Origin: an uncultured delta proteobacterium
Lineage (GTDB): Bacteria > Desulfobacterota > Binatia > DP-6
Direction of reading: 5' to 3'
Assembly: GCA_963815115.1 (NCBI GenBank)
Contig: CAWFFN010000012.1
Coordinates: 96,001-160,000 of the forward strand
Length of the DNA: 64,000 bases
Shown here: in pieces, positions 21,101 to 30,028 of the stretch
How positions within the stretch are numbered: the first letter of the stretch is position 1
How the letters are laid out: each line of letters begins with the position of its first letter
Translations under genes and position numbers: made by a program
The notes under the pieces: model-generated
The model's input: only the letters and a program-made list of their open reading frames with translations
Database searches by the model: none
What the model was told of the DNA's origin: nothing

Positions 21101-23995
21101 GAACGCGGTCGAGCAGTCGCCCTCGTTCGACGTGAACGTCTGCACGGCGTCGGGGATGTCGCTCACGGTCACACCGGCGGCCGCGGACGGGCCGCCGTTG
21201 TGGACGACGAGGTCGTAGACCGCGGTCACCAGCCCGGTGTCGGGGTCGAGCTGGAACTCGAACACCGACTTCGACACCGACAGGTCGGCCTGGGGCTCGA
21301 GCTGGTCGGTGTCGGTGGCGGTGAGGCTGGAAGTGCCGCCGACGCCCGGGCTGTTCTGCGCCGTCACCGTGTTGGTCAAGGCGCCCGTGGCATCGGCAGC
21401 CACCCTGCCCGTGAGGTGGAGGGTGGCCGTCGCGCCCGCCGGGAGATTCACCGTGGTGGCGATCGCGCCTGAGCCGCTGGCCGGAGAGCAGCCTGCGCTG
21501 CAGGTCCAGGCGACGTTCGCGAGGCCTGCCGGGACGGGATCGCTGACGCTCACGGCCGGCGAGTCGTTCGGCCCGTTGTTCGTCAGCGTGATGGTGTAGT
21601 CGGTCTGGCTGCCCGGAACCACGCTCGTTCCCCCGTTGCTCTTGCTCAGGGAGAGAACCGCCACCGGAGCGCTCAGGCTGGTGGCGGCAGCGGCCGCGTT
21701 GTTGGTGCCGGCCGGGTCCGGCGTGAGGCTCGAGACGCTGGCCTGGTTCACGATCGGATCCGGCGCGGTGTAGCCGTTCGGCACGTGGAAGGTGACGTCG
21801 ATCCTGCGGCTCGCGCCCGCCGCCAGCGCGCCGAGATCGCACGGGAAGCCGGCGCACCCGCCGGTCGCGGACATCGAGCTGAGCCCCGAGGGTGTCGGGT
21901 CGTCCAGCATCACGCCCGCTGCGGGCGAGGGTCCCGTGTTCGTGACGACGATGGTGTAGGTGACGTCCGCGTTGGAGGTCGTCGTCGTCGGTCCCGACTT
22001 CGTCACCACCAGATCGGCGCTCGGTGTGACCGGCGACTGGACCGCCGCGACGATCGCAGCCAGCGGCCCGCCGCCGTCAGGGTCGACGGATGCGGTATTG
22101 TCGATGGTCCCGACGGCATTCACGTCGACGATGGCATCGAAACGCACGATCGCCGACGCGCCCGCCGCCACCTGCCCGGCCGGTGCGTCGGGACTCTCGA
22201 CGAGGCCTCCGGCTGCGAACGGCATCGTACCGCCCACGTCGGGCACAGCCAGGCCGTTGAGGGTCGTGGTGCCCGCGACGTAGGTCAGGCCGGCAGGAAC
22301 CGGATCGGCGAGTGTCACGCCGGCCGCGGCCGCCGCGCCGTCGTTGGAGACGGTGACCGTGTAGGTGAGCGACGTCCCGGGCGTCGCCGTGGGCGGATCG
22401 ACCACCTTGCTCTCCGTGATGCGTCCGATCCCCGTGGTCACGCTTCCGGACGCGAAGGTGGCGGACTGGACCGGCTGTCTCGCGCAGCTGACGAAGGTGT
22501 AGGAGAAGAGCGGCTCCAGGACGTAGGTTGCCGGTCCCGGCGGCGGGGGCACGGCATTCACGGTGACCCGGAACGTCACCGTCCGCGTCTGTCCGGCGGG
22601 GAGCGATCCCAGCGTCACCCCTGCAGCCGGATCCGCGCCCGCCTGCGGAACGCCGTCGACCGTGACGCTGTTCGCGACCAGCGAGGTTCCCGCGGGGAGT
22701 GGCGCCGTCAGGACCCCGTTGCCGGCGTCGATGGTGCCGGAGTTCGGGAGGGTAATGGTGTAGGTGAGCGTGTCGCCCACGACGGTCCCCGCCTTGTCCA
22801 CCGCCACGGTGGACCCGCTCAGGTCCGGCGCTCCGATGTCGATCTCGAGGGCGAGCGTCGTGATGACGTAGGTGTCGCCGGACGTCGTTCCCTGGGCGAA
22901 CGCCGACGTCTGGGCATTCACCAGCTGGGGCGACACGTCCACGTTGGTGATGTCCCAGCCCTGTCGGCCGCCGAACGTGCTCTTTCCGGGGCGGTGGTTC
23001 ACCGTACCGAAAGTGCCGCGGGTATCGAGCGTGCCCGACGAGTCGTTGAGCTGCGAGCAGAAGAAGTTGTTGCTCGGGTTGTTCGGACCGAACACGCGGC
23101 TCGTGTCCGGGAGCGAAGCGGTGGCGCCGAAGCGCATCGAGTCGCCGACGCCGGCGGCATCGCCCTCCATGGCGCTCACCGCCAGCCGGCCCGAGAGCCT
23201 TCCCGTGGGCGGCGTGCAGAACCCGCTCGCCTGCGCCGGCGGTCTTCCCGACTGCTCGGCGCCGGTGAAGATGGTGAGGTTGCGCACCGGCAGGGAGAAG
23301 TTCTCGTAGATGACCGCCAGCGCCCAGCCGGCATTGTTCAGGTCGTTCTCCGAGTTGCCCTGCGTGCCCGGGATGCCACCCGCGATGTAGACGCCCGCGC
23401 CTCCGGCCTGGACCAGAGCGGTGACCTCTGCCGAGCGCACGTAGAAGCACGGAATCCCGCTGCTGCAGCGGCCGTTCGTCAGCGGCGTGCCGAGCTGTCG
23501 CGCGGTGGCGGGGTCGGGCGTCACCGTCGCGAGGCCGGCCGGCGTGCTGAGGCTGACGGGCGTGTTCAGGAATGCGCGGACGTCCTCGCCGCCGTAGCTG
23601 TAGCTTCCGCCCCAGACGAGCTCGGCGTAGACGACCGTGCTGTTCGGCGGCAGATCGAGCGTCGCAGCCGACGAGTCGAGATGCCAGTCGCCGGTCGTGC
23701 CGGGGGGATAGGTGCCATCCTGCAGCGAGGTGTCCACGGAAATGAAGGTGCCGATCGAGTCCCCGGTGCCGGGCGCGTTGGCGTTCGTCGCCTTGCTCAG
23801 CCCGAGCGTGTTGCCGGTGAGGGTGATCGCACCGGTGGTGTTGACGCTGCGCCGCTGAAGGTACTGCGCGCCGGCATCCGTCGCGCAAAGCGCGATCGCG
23901 ATGGCGAGCGCGCCGGCCGCCTTCCCGGATCCGCGCCGATCCCGGACGCGCGAGCCGCCAGTATACTCCCCCACGTAAGGGGCGAATTCGCGCAC
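18107..23995 (-). CDS. Giant secreted DUF11-repeat surface protein (~1960 aa)
   Basis: Signal peptide; N-terminal domain with SSAATLDLP..STVVYAELVWGG; about 11 DUF11-like repeats (ADL..TK...G..VTYTI.VTN.GP..A..V...D..P); poly-Thr/Pro linker; CDNCIDDDGDGLIDGEDPDC motif; Cys-containing C-terminal domain. Confidence 0.9.
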   Translation of the reverse strand: MREFAPYVGEYTGGSRVRDRRGSGKAAGALAIAIALCATDAGAQYLQRRSVNTTGAITLTGNTLGLSKATNANAPGTGDSIGTFISVDTSLQDGTYPPGTTGDWHLDSSAATLDLPPNSTVVYAELVWGGSYSYGGEDVRAFLNTPVSLSTPAGLATVTPDPATARQLGTPLTNGRCSSGIPCFYVRSAEVTALVQAGGAGVYIAGGIPGTQGNSENDLNNAGWALAVIYENFSLPVRNLTIFTGAEQSGRPPAQASGFCTPPTGRLSGRLAVSAMEGDAAGVGDSMRFGATASLPDTSRVFGPNNPSNNFFCSQLNDSSGTLDTRGTFGTVNHRPGKSTFGGRQGWDITNVDVSPQLVNAQTSAFAQGTTSGDTYVITTLALEIDIGAPDLSGSTVAVDKAGTVVGDTLTYTITLPNSGTIDAGNGVLTAPLPAGTSLVANSVTVDGVPQAGADPAAGVTLGSLPAGQTRTVTFRVTVNAVPPPPGPATYVLEPLFSYTFVSCARQPVQSATFASGSVTTGIGRITESKVVDPPTATPGTSLTYTVTVSNDGAAAAAGVTLADPVPAGLTYVAGTTTLNGLAVPDVGGTMPFAAGGLVESPDAPAGQVAAGASAIVRFDAIVDVNAVGTIDNTASVDPDGGGPLAAIVAAVQSPVTPSADLVVTKSGPTTTTSNADVTYTIVVTNTGPSPAAGVMLDDPTPSGLSSMSATGGCAGFPCDLGALAAGASRRIDVTFHVPNGYTAPDPIVNQASVSSLTPDPAGTNNAAAAATSLSAPVAVLSLSKSNGGTSVVPGSQTDYTITLTNNGPNDSPAVSVSDPVPAGLANVAWTCSAGCSPASGSGAIATTVNLPAGATATLHLTGRVAADATGALTNTVTAQNSPGVGGTSSLTATDTDQLEPQADLSVSKSVFEFQLDPDTGLVTAVYDLVVHNGGPSAAAGVTVSDIPDAVQTFTSNEGDCSTAFPCNLGTIPPLQSRTIRSRFSVAPDFTGAAVTNQARVSTGTPDPTPGNDSSSVDAFPPRVADVAVEVFVQPDTALVGDTVTVFVRVSNLGPSTATSVVLTAPLPAGLEFVEATPDVGTFDQATGEWQVGDLPADPATPRVLRITARVTQPGRIAMLATKTGAIEFDPVVGNDSSGDLLNEGPERADVVVEKIATPASGAVGDVVLTGIIVTNAGPGPATGIVVSDLPTPGLLPVGILPGFPTQGTYDEAAKIWTVGDLAPQGSAALGILVQITDPSPQGNTARKESQNEPDPNPLNDRDGAPVNGGTASEITVTKAVSSERVRVGDQVTFTVKASNSALGPPVTGVVLTDLLPSGLTLLSATPSAGTFDSTGLVWNLGDLPGNGSATLALRVRVDQPGTFVNTATRTGGDQPEITPVNDGATATVIAGLGANVSVQKTIGSENAVPGLPATWTITVRNDGPSPLTGVAVADPVPAPLLSATWTCEAETGAACSQPSGSGDVATSIDLAAGTGVIFTVTGTVRPDALGTITNAVSVTPPQGADPDPGDNTATVESTLVPAADLSITKTGPTGAGPGATVTYAIAVSNGGPSTAVDVVVDDPNPDGLAFVSNAGDCTTPFPCSLGTLAPGESRTIMASYTVLDGVASVTNAATVASATLDPTPGNAAAAVTTVIMVRNTTTTTTTSSTAPTATSTPVTTTTIGVGAPPPPGPQADLALTKTASPGHVGVGETLTYMLVVTNAGPAPATSVTITDPLPGAVSFGSASATQGTCAASGATVACAVGDLAPGAAATATIVVTRTGSASFTNTAAASAAETDPTPQDGSSSATTPAAGTETCDNCIDDDGDGLIDGEDPDCCAAQPLTVTQARLRPGKSTLRLDTTLATGAFSGLDPRTQDVHLQLRSSSGEQVCCTIGSGEWQKLFRNTFGFYDQKRSVCPPVSCVRLALPKNRPPRATIIAGGVERDGLLSSMLEITMSSGKQCVSGQLGLRPKGKRGGVFP

Positions 23996-24083
23996 GCGTC
24001 GCGTTCAGTCAACGGAGGTCGTCGACGAGCACTGTTCCGCCTGCGACACCTGTCGCACGACACGTGTGGCCGACGCGCTGCCG

Positions 24084-24893
24084 TCACTCCAGTCGCGGGT
24101 GGCTCAGAGCGGGCAGCTCGCGCCGCACCCTCGCCAGGTAGGCGCGATCGATCTCCGCGAGCGCGACACCCTCGCCGTCTCCTGCCCGAGCGACGATCGT
24201 GCCCCAGGGATCGGCGATCAGCGAGCCGCCGTAGTCGGCGAAGCCGTGCGGGCTCACTCCGCTCTGATCGGCGGCGAGGAGATAGCACTGGTTCTCGATC
24301 GCGCGCGCGCGGCAGAGCACGTCCCAGTGCGCCGAGCCCGTGGTGAAGGTGAAGGCGGACGGAACGAGAAGAATCTCGGCGCCGGCGCGAACCAGTCGCC
24401 GGTAGAGCTCGGGAAAGCGAAGATCGTAGCAGATGGAAAGCCCCAGTGTGCCGAGCTCGGTGGGTACCACCACGGTCTCGTCACCCGGCGCGCGCGCGTC
24501 CGACTCGCGGACGGTGACCCGGCCGGGCAGATCGACGTCGAAGAGGTGGATCTTGCGGTAGCGCGCGAGCAGGTCCCCGCCGGGACCGAGCAGACAGCTG
24601 GTGTTGAAGCTCCGCCGCTCGCCGGGCACGTGCTCGAGGATCGATCCCATGCAGAGATGTATCCCCAGGGTTCGGGCCATTGCCGCCATGGTCTCGGTGG
24701 TGGGTCCCGGGATCGATTCGGCCTGCGCCGCCTCGTCCGCGCGCGGTCCCCGCCAGGCGAACACCTCGGGAAGCACGACGAGCCGAGCGCCGCGCGCCGC
24801 CGCCTGCTCTATCAGCGTCCGGGCGCGTTCCAGGTTGGCGTCGCGCCGGGACCCGGACGCCATCTGCACGACGGCGGCGAGGAAGCGCTCCAT
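24084..24893 (-). CDS. Carbon-nitrogen hydrolase (Nit1/deaminated glutathione amidase-like)
   Basis: VLPE, YRKIHLFDV, ICYDLRFPE (E-K-C triad), PSAFT..TG.AHW and RARAIENQ. Confidence 0.93.
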   Translation of the reverse strand: MERFLAAVVQMASGSRRDANLERARTLIEQAAARGARLVVLPEVFAWRGPRADEAAQAESIPGPTTETMAAMARTLGIHLCMGSILEHVPGERRSFNTSCLLGPGGDLLARYRKIHLFDVDLPGRVTVRESDARAPGDETVVVPTELGTLGLSICYDLRFPELYRRLVRAGAEILLVPSAFTFTTGSAHWDVLCRARAIENQCYLLAADQSGVSPHGFADYGGSLIADPWGTIVARAGDGEGVALAEIDRAYLARVRRELPALSHPRLE

Positions 24894-25018
24894 GCGTCAC
24901 CGATCGGGTGGCGGAGCCCCGCGCGGAAGTCAACCGCGCATCTGCCAATCAGACCAAGGACGGATTGACCGGGGGCGCCTCGGTTCGATAGTCGCATGGC
25001 ACGCCCGACCGGCGTGAC

Positions 25019-26056
25019 ATGGACGGAGTGAGCAAGTCGGCGATCGGAGCTTGTCTCGCGGCATCGTTCGCCACGGCGATCCTGTGTGCGCCGCGCGAGG
25101 CGGACGCGCAGGTTTCCCGGGTCCTGTGCCAGCGGAAGAACGGCGCGCTCTACGTGCGCGTCGGCTTCTGCGCGAAGAAGGAGACCGAGGTCGACGTCGG
25201 GGCACTCGGCCTGGCCGGCTCGGAGGGACCGCCTGGACCTCCGGGCGAAGGCGGCGCCGCGGGCGATCAGGGGCCTCCCGGAACGGCGGGACCTCCGGGA
25301 GCGCAGGGCCCCACCGGACCGCCGGGGCCCCCGGACGGACCGCCGGGCCCGACCGGACCGATGGGACCGATCGGGCCCGGCGGCCCTACCGGCGACCAGG
25401 GTGTCGAGGGACCGGTCGGGCCACAGGGAGTGGTCGGCCCTGTGGGTCCCACCGGTTCGAAGGGCGACACGGGTCCGGTGGGTTCCACGGGACCGCAGGG
25501 CGTCGCTGGCCCTCCGGGAGAGACCGGCCCCGTGGGACCGACCGGGCCGGTCGGCCCGACAGGACCCCTTGGCCCGACCGGGGACACCGGACCGACGGGG
25601 CTCACCGGGTCGCAGGGGACCCAGGGTCCGAAGGGCGATCGGGGCGACGTCGGGCCTCGGGGTGACGTCGGACCCGCGGGACCGACCGGTGCCCCAGGGA
25701 CGGCGAGCGCCTTCCAGATCTCCAACCCGTTGCCCGTAGGACTTCCGAACGTGGTGGTGGGTCCCCTCTCGCTGGGCCCAGGAAGATACGTCGTGATTGC
25801 CAAGCTGCAGGCGACCAACAAGGGCGGCGGCAACCTCGTCGTGCTCTGCAACCTGCTGCAGGGCTCGACCTCGGCCGCGATCGACTCCACCGAGGCCAAC
25901 GTCGGTGCCGGGGCGATCCGGCCCATGGCGCTCATGGCGACGGCGGTCCTCGGCGCTCCGGACACCGTCTCCGTCTCGTGCCAGACCGATGACAACGACG
26001 GCGAGGCGGACCTGAGTCAGCTGATCGCGGTCACCGTCGACAACATCAACCCCTGA
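25019..26056 (+). CDS. Secreted collagen-like protein
   Basis: Signal peptide, short N-domain with two Cys, 56 Gly-X-Y triplets and a C-terminal beta-rich domain. Confidence 0.9.
   Translation: MDGVSKSAIGACLAASFATAILCAPREADAQVSRVLCQRKNGALYVRVGFCAKKETEVDVGALGLAGSEGPPGPPGEGGAAGDQGPPGTAGPPGAQGPTGPPGPPDGPPGPTGPMGPIGPGGPTGDQGVEGPVGPQGVVGPVGPTGSKGDTGPVGSTGPQGVAGPPGETGPVGPTGPVGPTGPLGPTGDTGPTGLTGSQGTQGPKGDRGDVGPRGDVGPAGPTGAPGTASAFQISNPLPVGLPNVVVGPLSLGPGRYVVIAKLQATNKGGGNLVVLCNLLQGSTSAAIDSTEANVGAGAIRPMALMATAVLGAPDTVSVSCQTDDNDGEADLSQLIAVTVDNINP
25199..25705 (+). repeat. Gly-X-Y collagen triplet repeat (15 + 41 triplets with a single Asp interruption)
   Basis: 9-bp periodic GGN-CCN-NNN; triplets counted from the translation. 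Confidence 0.9.
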
Positions 26057-26066
26057 CGCAGCCGTC

Positions 26067-27992
26067 TCAGCGCGCCGCGCGCAGCTCCGCGGGCGCGGCG
26101 TCGATCGAGGCCTGGTCGCCGATGGCCGAGGCGAGCGGGGTGAACCGATTCCAGGCGGCCAGCGCCTCGTCCCGGCGTCCCGCCAGGAGGAGCGCCACCG
26201 CCAGCTGGTAGTGGGCGCCGTAGTGCGCGGGGTCGAGCGCGAGCACGGCCCGGTAGCGCTCGACCGCCGTCGCACCGTTGCCGAGCCGGTACGCATACAG
26301 CAGGCCGGCGCGCATCGGTGCTTCCGTGCTCGTGGGATCGGCGGCGGCGGCAGCGTCGTAGGCTGCCGCGGCCGCCGCCCACTCGCCGCGGCTCTCGAGC
26401 AGGCGCCCCTGCGCCAGCCACGCTCCGGCGTGCACCGCGTCCAGCCGGGTCGCCTCGCGGTACTCGGCGAGGGCCTCGTCACGTCGGCCGAGTCGCTCGA
26501 GGGCTTCGGCGCGACCGACGCGCGCCAGGGCGAATCCCGGATTGCAGCGCACGGCGTCGCCGGCCCAGCGCAGTGACGCGGCGGCGTCGTGCTCGCGCGC
26601 CGCGAGCGCGCTCAGGTTGAGCTGGACGTACGCGTAGCAGGGGCTCAGGCGGTGCGCTTCCAGGAGCAGCGGCCGCGCCTGCGCGAGGTCGCCGCGAGTG
26701 AGGGCGGCGTGGCCGGCGTTCATCCAGGCGCGCGCGTTGCGGGGCGCCTTCTCGGTTGCGTCGAGCCAGAGGCGGAGGTCGTCCCGCCACACCTCGTTGC
26801 GCGCGTGCGTGGTGGCACCGAGCAGCGTCAAGACGAACGTGACCACGACGGCGAATACCCACGGCGCCGGCGCGACCAGCCGCCGCGCCACGAAGCGCGC
26901 CGCGAGCCAGAGCCCGAGCGCCGCGATCGTTGCCAACCCCAGCATCGCCAGGTAGGGCCGGTGCTCGTTCACCGGCTCGGCGAGCGGGAAGAAGGTCGAT
27001 TCGGGCGCGAGCGTCAGCAGGAACCAGAGCGCACCGAAGGCGAACGCACGTCGCCTGCGCGCGAGCCGCCAGACGATCGCGCCCAGCCCGCCGAGCGCCA
27101 GCAGGCTGCCCCACGCCTGGACGTCCAGCAGCGAGCGCGCATAGGGGAAGTCGACGCGATCGATCACCAGCGCATCGGGCCACACGAAGAGCCGCAGGTA
27201 GTAGAGGAGCGCCGACCACTCGGTCACGAAGTACGTCCACGGCGTCGTGCCGGGCTGCCGGGCGGTTGCGAGCACCCACGGTGGCAGGAGGAGCCAGCGA
27301 TACACGAGGCCGGCCAGCGCGACGATGGAGAGCGCCGCGATGAATCTCCACGGCACGGGCCGGCGGCGATAGGAGGGTGCGACGAGCCGGTGCATGAGCA
27401 CCGCCAGCGGCAGCGTGACCGCGATCGATTTGGTGAGCATGGCGCACCCTGCCAGCACCACCGAGAAGACGCGGTGGTCGCGTGCGGCGGCGTCGAAGGC
27501 GGCGAGGTAGAAGACCGTGGTCAGCAGCGCGGAACGTGCCGACACGTAGTCGACCGCCTCGGTGTTCAGCGGATGAACGGCGACCAGCAGCGCGGCTGCC
27601 AGGGCGACCGGACCTCCCTCGGCGTCCAGCCAGAGGTGGTCGCGGACGATGCGGTAGACGAGCAGCGTCGCGAGCCAGTGCAGGAGGAGATTCACCACGT
27701 GATAGCTCCACGGGTCGAGGCCCGAGACGCGATGGTTGAGCGCCAGGCTCGCCACCAGGAGAGGACGCAAGTCCTTGTTCTCGCGCAGCACCGTCGTGGT
27801 GTTCGGGTCGGTGAAGAAGCGTGGCAGGTTGGCGAGGCTCCGGATCGCCGGGTTCTGCTCGACGGTGTGCCAGTCGTCGAAAACGAAGGGGACGTCGAAG
27901 GTGTTGGCGTACGCCGCCAGGACCGCCCCCGCGAGCAGGAGGGGTACCAGCCAGCGGCGAGCGGTGCCGGGGACATCGGCGGGCCAGCGCAC
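26067..27992 (-). CDS. TMTC-like GT-C membrane glycosyltransferase with C-terminal TPR repeats
   Basis: PFVFDD loop after TM1, RPL, YHVVNLLLH, AVHPLNTEAV.YVSARS, YYLRLFVWP, EHRPYLA and RNEVWRD, followed by TPRs. Confidence 0.87.
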   Translation of the reverse strand: MRWPADVPGTARRWLVPLLLAGAVLAAYANTFDVPFVFDDWHTVEQNPAIRSLANLPRFFTDPNTTTVLRENKDLRPLLVASLALNHRVSGLDPWSYHVVNLLLHWLATLLVYRIVRDHLWLDAEGGPVALAAALLVAVHPLNTEAVDYVSARSALLTTVFYLAAFDAAARDHRVFSVVLAGCAMLTKSIAVTLPLAVLMHRLVAPSYRRRPVPWRFIAALSIVALAGLVYRWLLLPPWVLATARQPGTTPWTYFVTEWSALLYYLRLFVWPDALVIDRVDFPYARSLLDVQAWGSLLALGGLGAIVWRLARRRRAFAFGALWFLLTLAPESTFFPLAEPVNEHRPYLAMLGLATIAALGLWLAARFVARRLVAPAPWVFAVVVTFVLTLLGATTHARNEVWRDDLRLWLDATEKAPRNARAWMNAGHAALTRGDLAQARPLLLEAHRLSPCYAYVQLNLSALAAREHDAAASLRWAGDAVRCNPGFALARVGRAEALERLGRRDEALAEYREATRLDAVHAGAWLAQGRLLESRGEWAAAAAAYDAAAAADPTSTEAPMRAGLLYAYRLGNGATAVERYRAVLALDPAHYGAHYQLAVALLLAGRRDEALAAWNRFTPLASAIGDQASIDAAPAELRAAR

Positions 27993-28045
27993 CCGGCCCC
28001 TCTACCCCGTACGCCCGTGATGGTGTAGCGCTTCGGGGGCGCGAC

Positions 28046-28073
28046 TGAAACGCTGGGCCGTCCCGGGCGTCTA
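28046..28073 (+). promoter_or_regulatory. Putative ECF sigma-factor promoter
   Basis: TGAAAC-N16-CGTCTA, about 50 bp upstream of the precursor ATG. Confidence 0.6.
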
Positions 28074-28122
28074 AGCCGGCAACCCCAATCACTTCCCCAC
28101 GGGGGGAGACGAGGAGAGAACC

Positions 28123-28383
28123 ATGGATCGCGTGAACAAGGGTATCCTGATCGCAGCCGCCGCCGCGACGCTCCTGGCGAGCGGCGCCATCCAGGCCCGC
28201 GCCGAGGACAAGGCGGGCGGCGACAACGTGAAGTGCGTCGGCATCAACGAGTGCAAGGGCCACGGCGCCTGCGCGACGAGCGGGGGCAACAGCTGCGCCG
28301 GCAAGAACGCGTGCAAGGGCAAGGGCATGGTGGAAGTGCCCAAGGCCGAGTGCCAGAAGAAGGGCGGCAAGATCGCCAGCTGA
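28123..28383 (+). CDS. Bufferin-type (BufA2-like, 6-Cys) RiPP metallophore precursor
   Basis: GAGGAG RBS; signal peptide; KCVGINECKGHGAC...NSCAGKNACKGKG...ECQKKGG; directly upstream of DUF692. Confidence 0.85.
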   Translation: MDRVNKGILIAAAAATLLASGAIQARAEDKAGGDNVKCVGINECKGHGACATSGGNSCAGKNACKGKGMVEVPKAECQKKGGKIAS

Positions 28384-28398
28384 TCCACGAGGGTCCGG

Positions 28399-28421
28399 GC
28401 CCCGGCCCTCACGGCCGGGGC
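28399..28421 (+). terminator. Hairpin between precursor and maturase genes
   Basis: GCCCCGGCC-CTCAC-GGCCGGGGC, a perfect 9-bp stem. Confidence 0.5.
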
Positions 28422-28437
28422 ACCGCATCCGCCTGCC

Positions 28438-29295
28438 ATGCTGTCCGGCTGTCCTCATCTCGGCCACGGTATCGGGCTCCGGCCCCGCCACTACCCCCAG
28501 GTACTCGACGGGGTACGCGCCGACTGGTTCGAGATCATCTGCGAGAACTTCATGGTCCCGGGAGGACGCCCGCTCGCGGTTCTCGAGCGCGTCCGGGCGG
28601 AGCGGCCGGTGGTGCTCCACGGCGTCTCGCTGTCGATCGGCTCGACCGACCCGCTGAACGTCCGCTACCTCGACGAGCTCCGTGCGCTCGCCGCGCGCAT
28701 CGAGCCGGCGTGGGTCTCGGATCACCTCTGCTGGGGCAGCCACGGCCAGCGTTACGCGCACGACCTGCTCCCCCTGCCCTTCACCGAGGAGGCGCTCGCG
28801 CACGTCGTCGAGCGCGTGCGCCGGGTGCAGGACCGGCTGGGGCGTCGCATCCTGCTGGAGAACGTCTCCAGCTACCTCGCCTTCGCGCACTCGACGATGC
28901 CCGAGTGGAGCTTCCTCGCGGCGGTCGCCGAAGGCGCGGACTGCGGCATCCTGCTGGACGTGAACAACGTCTACGTGAGCAGCGTCAACCACGACTTCCG
29001 CGCGGAGGACTACCTGGCGGGTCTGCCGGTCGAGCGGATCGGGCAGGTGCACCTGGCCGGCCACAGCAACCGGGGAACCCATCTGCTCGACACCCACGAC
29101 GCCGCCGTCTGTCCGGAGGTCTGGGAACTCTATCGCGAGGCGGTGCGGCGCTTCGGCGCGGTGTCGACCCTGGTCGAGTGGGACGATCACATCCCGGCGA
29201 TCGAGGAGGTCCTCGCCGAGGCCGAGCGGGCTCGCGCCGCCGAGGCGGAGATCCTGGCAGGAGATGCTCCCGGTGTCCGCGCCCTCACTGCGTGA
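28438..29295 (+). CDS. DUF692/MNIO multinuclear non-heme iron oxidase (BufB-like)
   Basis: GIGLR..HY, WFEII.ENFM, HGVSLSIGS, VSDHLCW, LLENVSSY, LLDVNNVYV, HLAGH, DTH and EWD. Confidence 0.95.
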   Translation: MLSGCPHLGHGIGLRPRHYPQVLDGVRADWFEIICENFMVPGGRPLAVLERVRAERPVVLHGVSLSIGSTDPLNVRYLDELRALAARIEPAWVSDHLCWGSHGQRYAHDLLPLPFTEEALAHVVERVRRVQDRLGRRILLENVSSYLAFAHSTMPEWSFLAAVAEGADCGILLDVNNVYVSSVNHDFRAEDYLAGLPVERIGQVHLAGHSNRGTHLLDTHDAAVCPEVWELYREAVRRFGAVSTLVEWDDHIPAIEEVLAEAERARAAEAEILAGDAPGVRALTA

Positions 29296-30028
29296 TCTTC
29301 AGGCCCTGTTCTGGTCGGCGCTGAACGGACGCCAGGAGCCCGAGCTGGCCGCCGCCGTCGCCTCCTCTTCCGGTCTCGCGGGCACGGACCGCATCGCGAT
29401 CTATGCCGAGATGTATTTCGGGCGCCTGCGGGACGTGCTGGCGGAGGATTTCGAGAAGACGGCGGCCGCTCTGGGGCCCGAGCGGTTCGGCAAGGTTGCC
29501 CGCGCCTACCTGGCCGCTCATCCCTCGGAGCATCCCTCGGTGCGACACGTGGGCCGGAACCTGCCGGGCTTTCTCGAATCCCGGCCGTTGGCGGATGCCC
29601 CTCCCTGGCTGACCGACATGGCTCGGCTCGAGTGGGCGCGGGTCGACGCGTTCGACGCCCCCGATGCGGACCCGATCGGGGTGGACCACCTCCGGTCGCT
29701 CCCCGAGGCCGAATGGCCCGCCGCTCCCCTTCGTTCGATCCCCGCGCTGAGGGTCGTCGAAAGCGACTGGCCCCTTCATACCATCTGGCAGGAGGGGGAT
29801 GCCCCGCCCGCCCGGACGGCCCTCCGGGTCTGGCGGCAGGACGGGGCCGTGTACCACTGCGCCATGGACCCTCTGGAGCAGGCCGCCGTGGAGCGGCTGC
29901 GTGCCGGGGCGTCCTTCGGCGGGATCTGCGAGACGCTGGCGGACCTCGACCCGGCGGAGGCACCCGCCGAGGCCGGCGCCCTCCTCGCCCGCTGGATCGA
30001 AGACGGCCTCATAGCCGGCATCGGCTGA
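29264..30028 (+). CDS. DUF2063 partner protein (BufC/HvfC-like)
   Basis: LRDLQ..F, RIAIYA.MYF.RL.DVL.EDF, LG.ERF, DMARLEWA and LL.RWIEDGLI; overlaps the DUF692 stop. Confidence 0.88.
   Translation: MLPVSAPSLRDLQALFWSALNGRQEPELAAAVASSSGLAGTDRIAIYAEMYFGRLRDVLAEDFEKTAAALGPERFGKVARAYLAAHPSEHPSVRHVGRNLPGFLESRPLADAPPWLTDMARLEWARVDAFDAPDADPIGVDHLRSLPEAEWPAAPLRSIPALRVVESDWPLHTIWQEGDAPPARTALRVWRQDGAVYHCAMDPLEQAAVERLRAGASFGGICETLADLDPAEAPAEAGALLARWIEDGLIAGIG

Noticed and set aside
18900-22830. CRISPR-like or DNA-level repeat array
   Set aside because: The repetition is at the protein-domain level (DUF11) with diverged DNA; there are no identical spaced repeats and no cas genes.
25267-25995. Second collagen-like ORF on the minus strand
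   Set aside because: GGN-CCN codons read as Gly-Pro on the antisense strand too; it has no signal peptide and is the shadow of the plus-strand gene.
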